From Octopus sinensis (Eukaryota): 64,000 nt of DNA. The stretch lies in assembly GCF_006345805.1 (NCBI RefSeq), contig NC_042997.1:191890001-191954000 (forward strand). Direction: 5' to 3'. The notes below the pieces were generated by a model. It saw nothing but the letters and a program-made list of their open reading frames with translations, was not told where the DNA came from and ran no database searches. The position numbers and the translations under genes are program-made. Position 1 is the first letter of the stretch. Each line of letters starts with the position of its first letter. Below are positions 63,901 through 64,000 of this stretch, one piece after another.

Positions 63901-64000
63901 GATTGCTCCAATCTGGCCAGCCCCAGTCCTTGTTTTCGTATACATTCGCTGCTTTCTTCCAAGGAATCTAATGCTCTTAGCTTAGTTTTTCCTTGGCGAA

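Overview
AT-rich, microsatellite-dense eukaryotic DNA made almost entirely of transposable elements and their debris. The SINE families resemble those I recall from octopus genomes (inference, not searched). I found no convincing host protein-coding gene, rRNA or CRISPR array; most listed ORFs are microsatellite read-throughs or SINE antisense frames. Retroelements: tRNA-headed SINE families (here A, B, C, CORE types) plus a (GAT)n-tailed SINE/LINE-3' family D, several with clean target-site duplications (TSDs) and swapped tails. Also decayed LINEs (CR1-like; several RTE, one with three C2H2 fingers; R4/Dong-like RLE elements, one embedded in (TAA)n), a Gypsy LTR/PBS/gag remnant, a solo LTR, and Penelope-like termini with hammerhead-like motifs. 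DNA transposons: mariner/Tc1 remnants, Helitron/Helentron ends, small MITEs, and eight copies of a GGATC-terminated, 8-bp-TSD family carrying telomere-type TTAGGG repeats in asymmetric and foldback forms. Several long palindromes and one near-perfect 761-bp tandem duplication may be real rearrangements or assembly artefacts.
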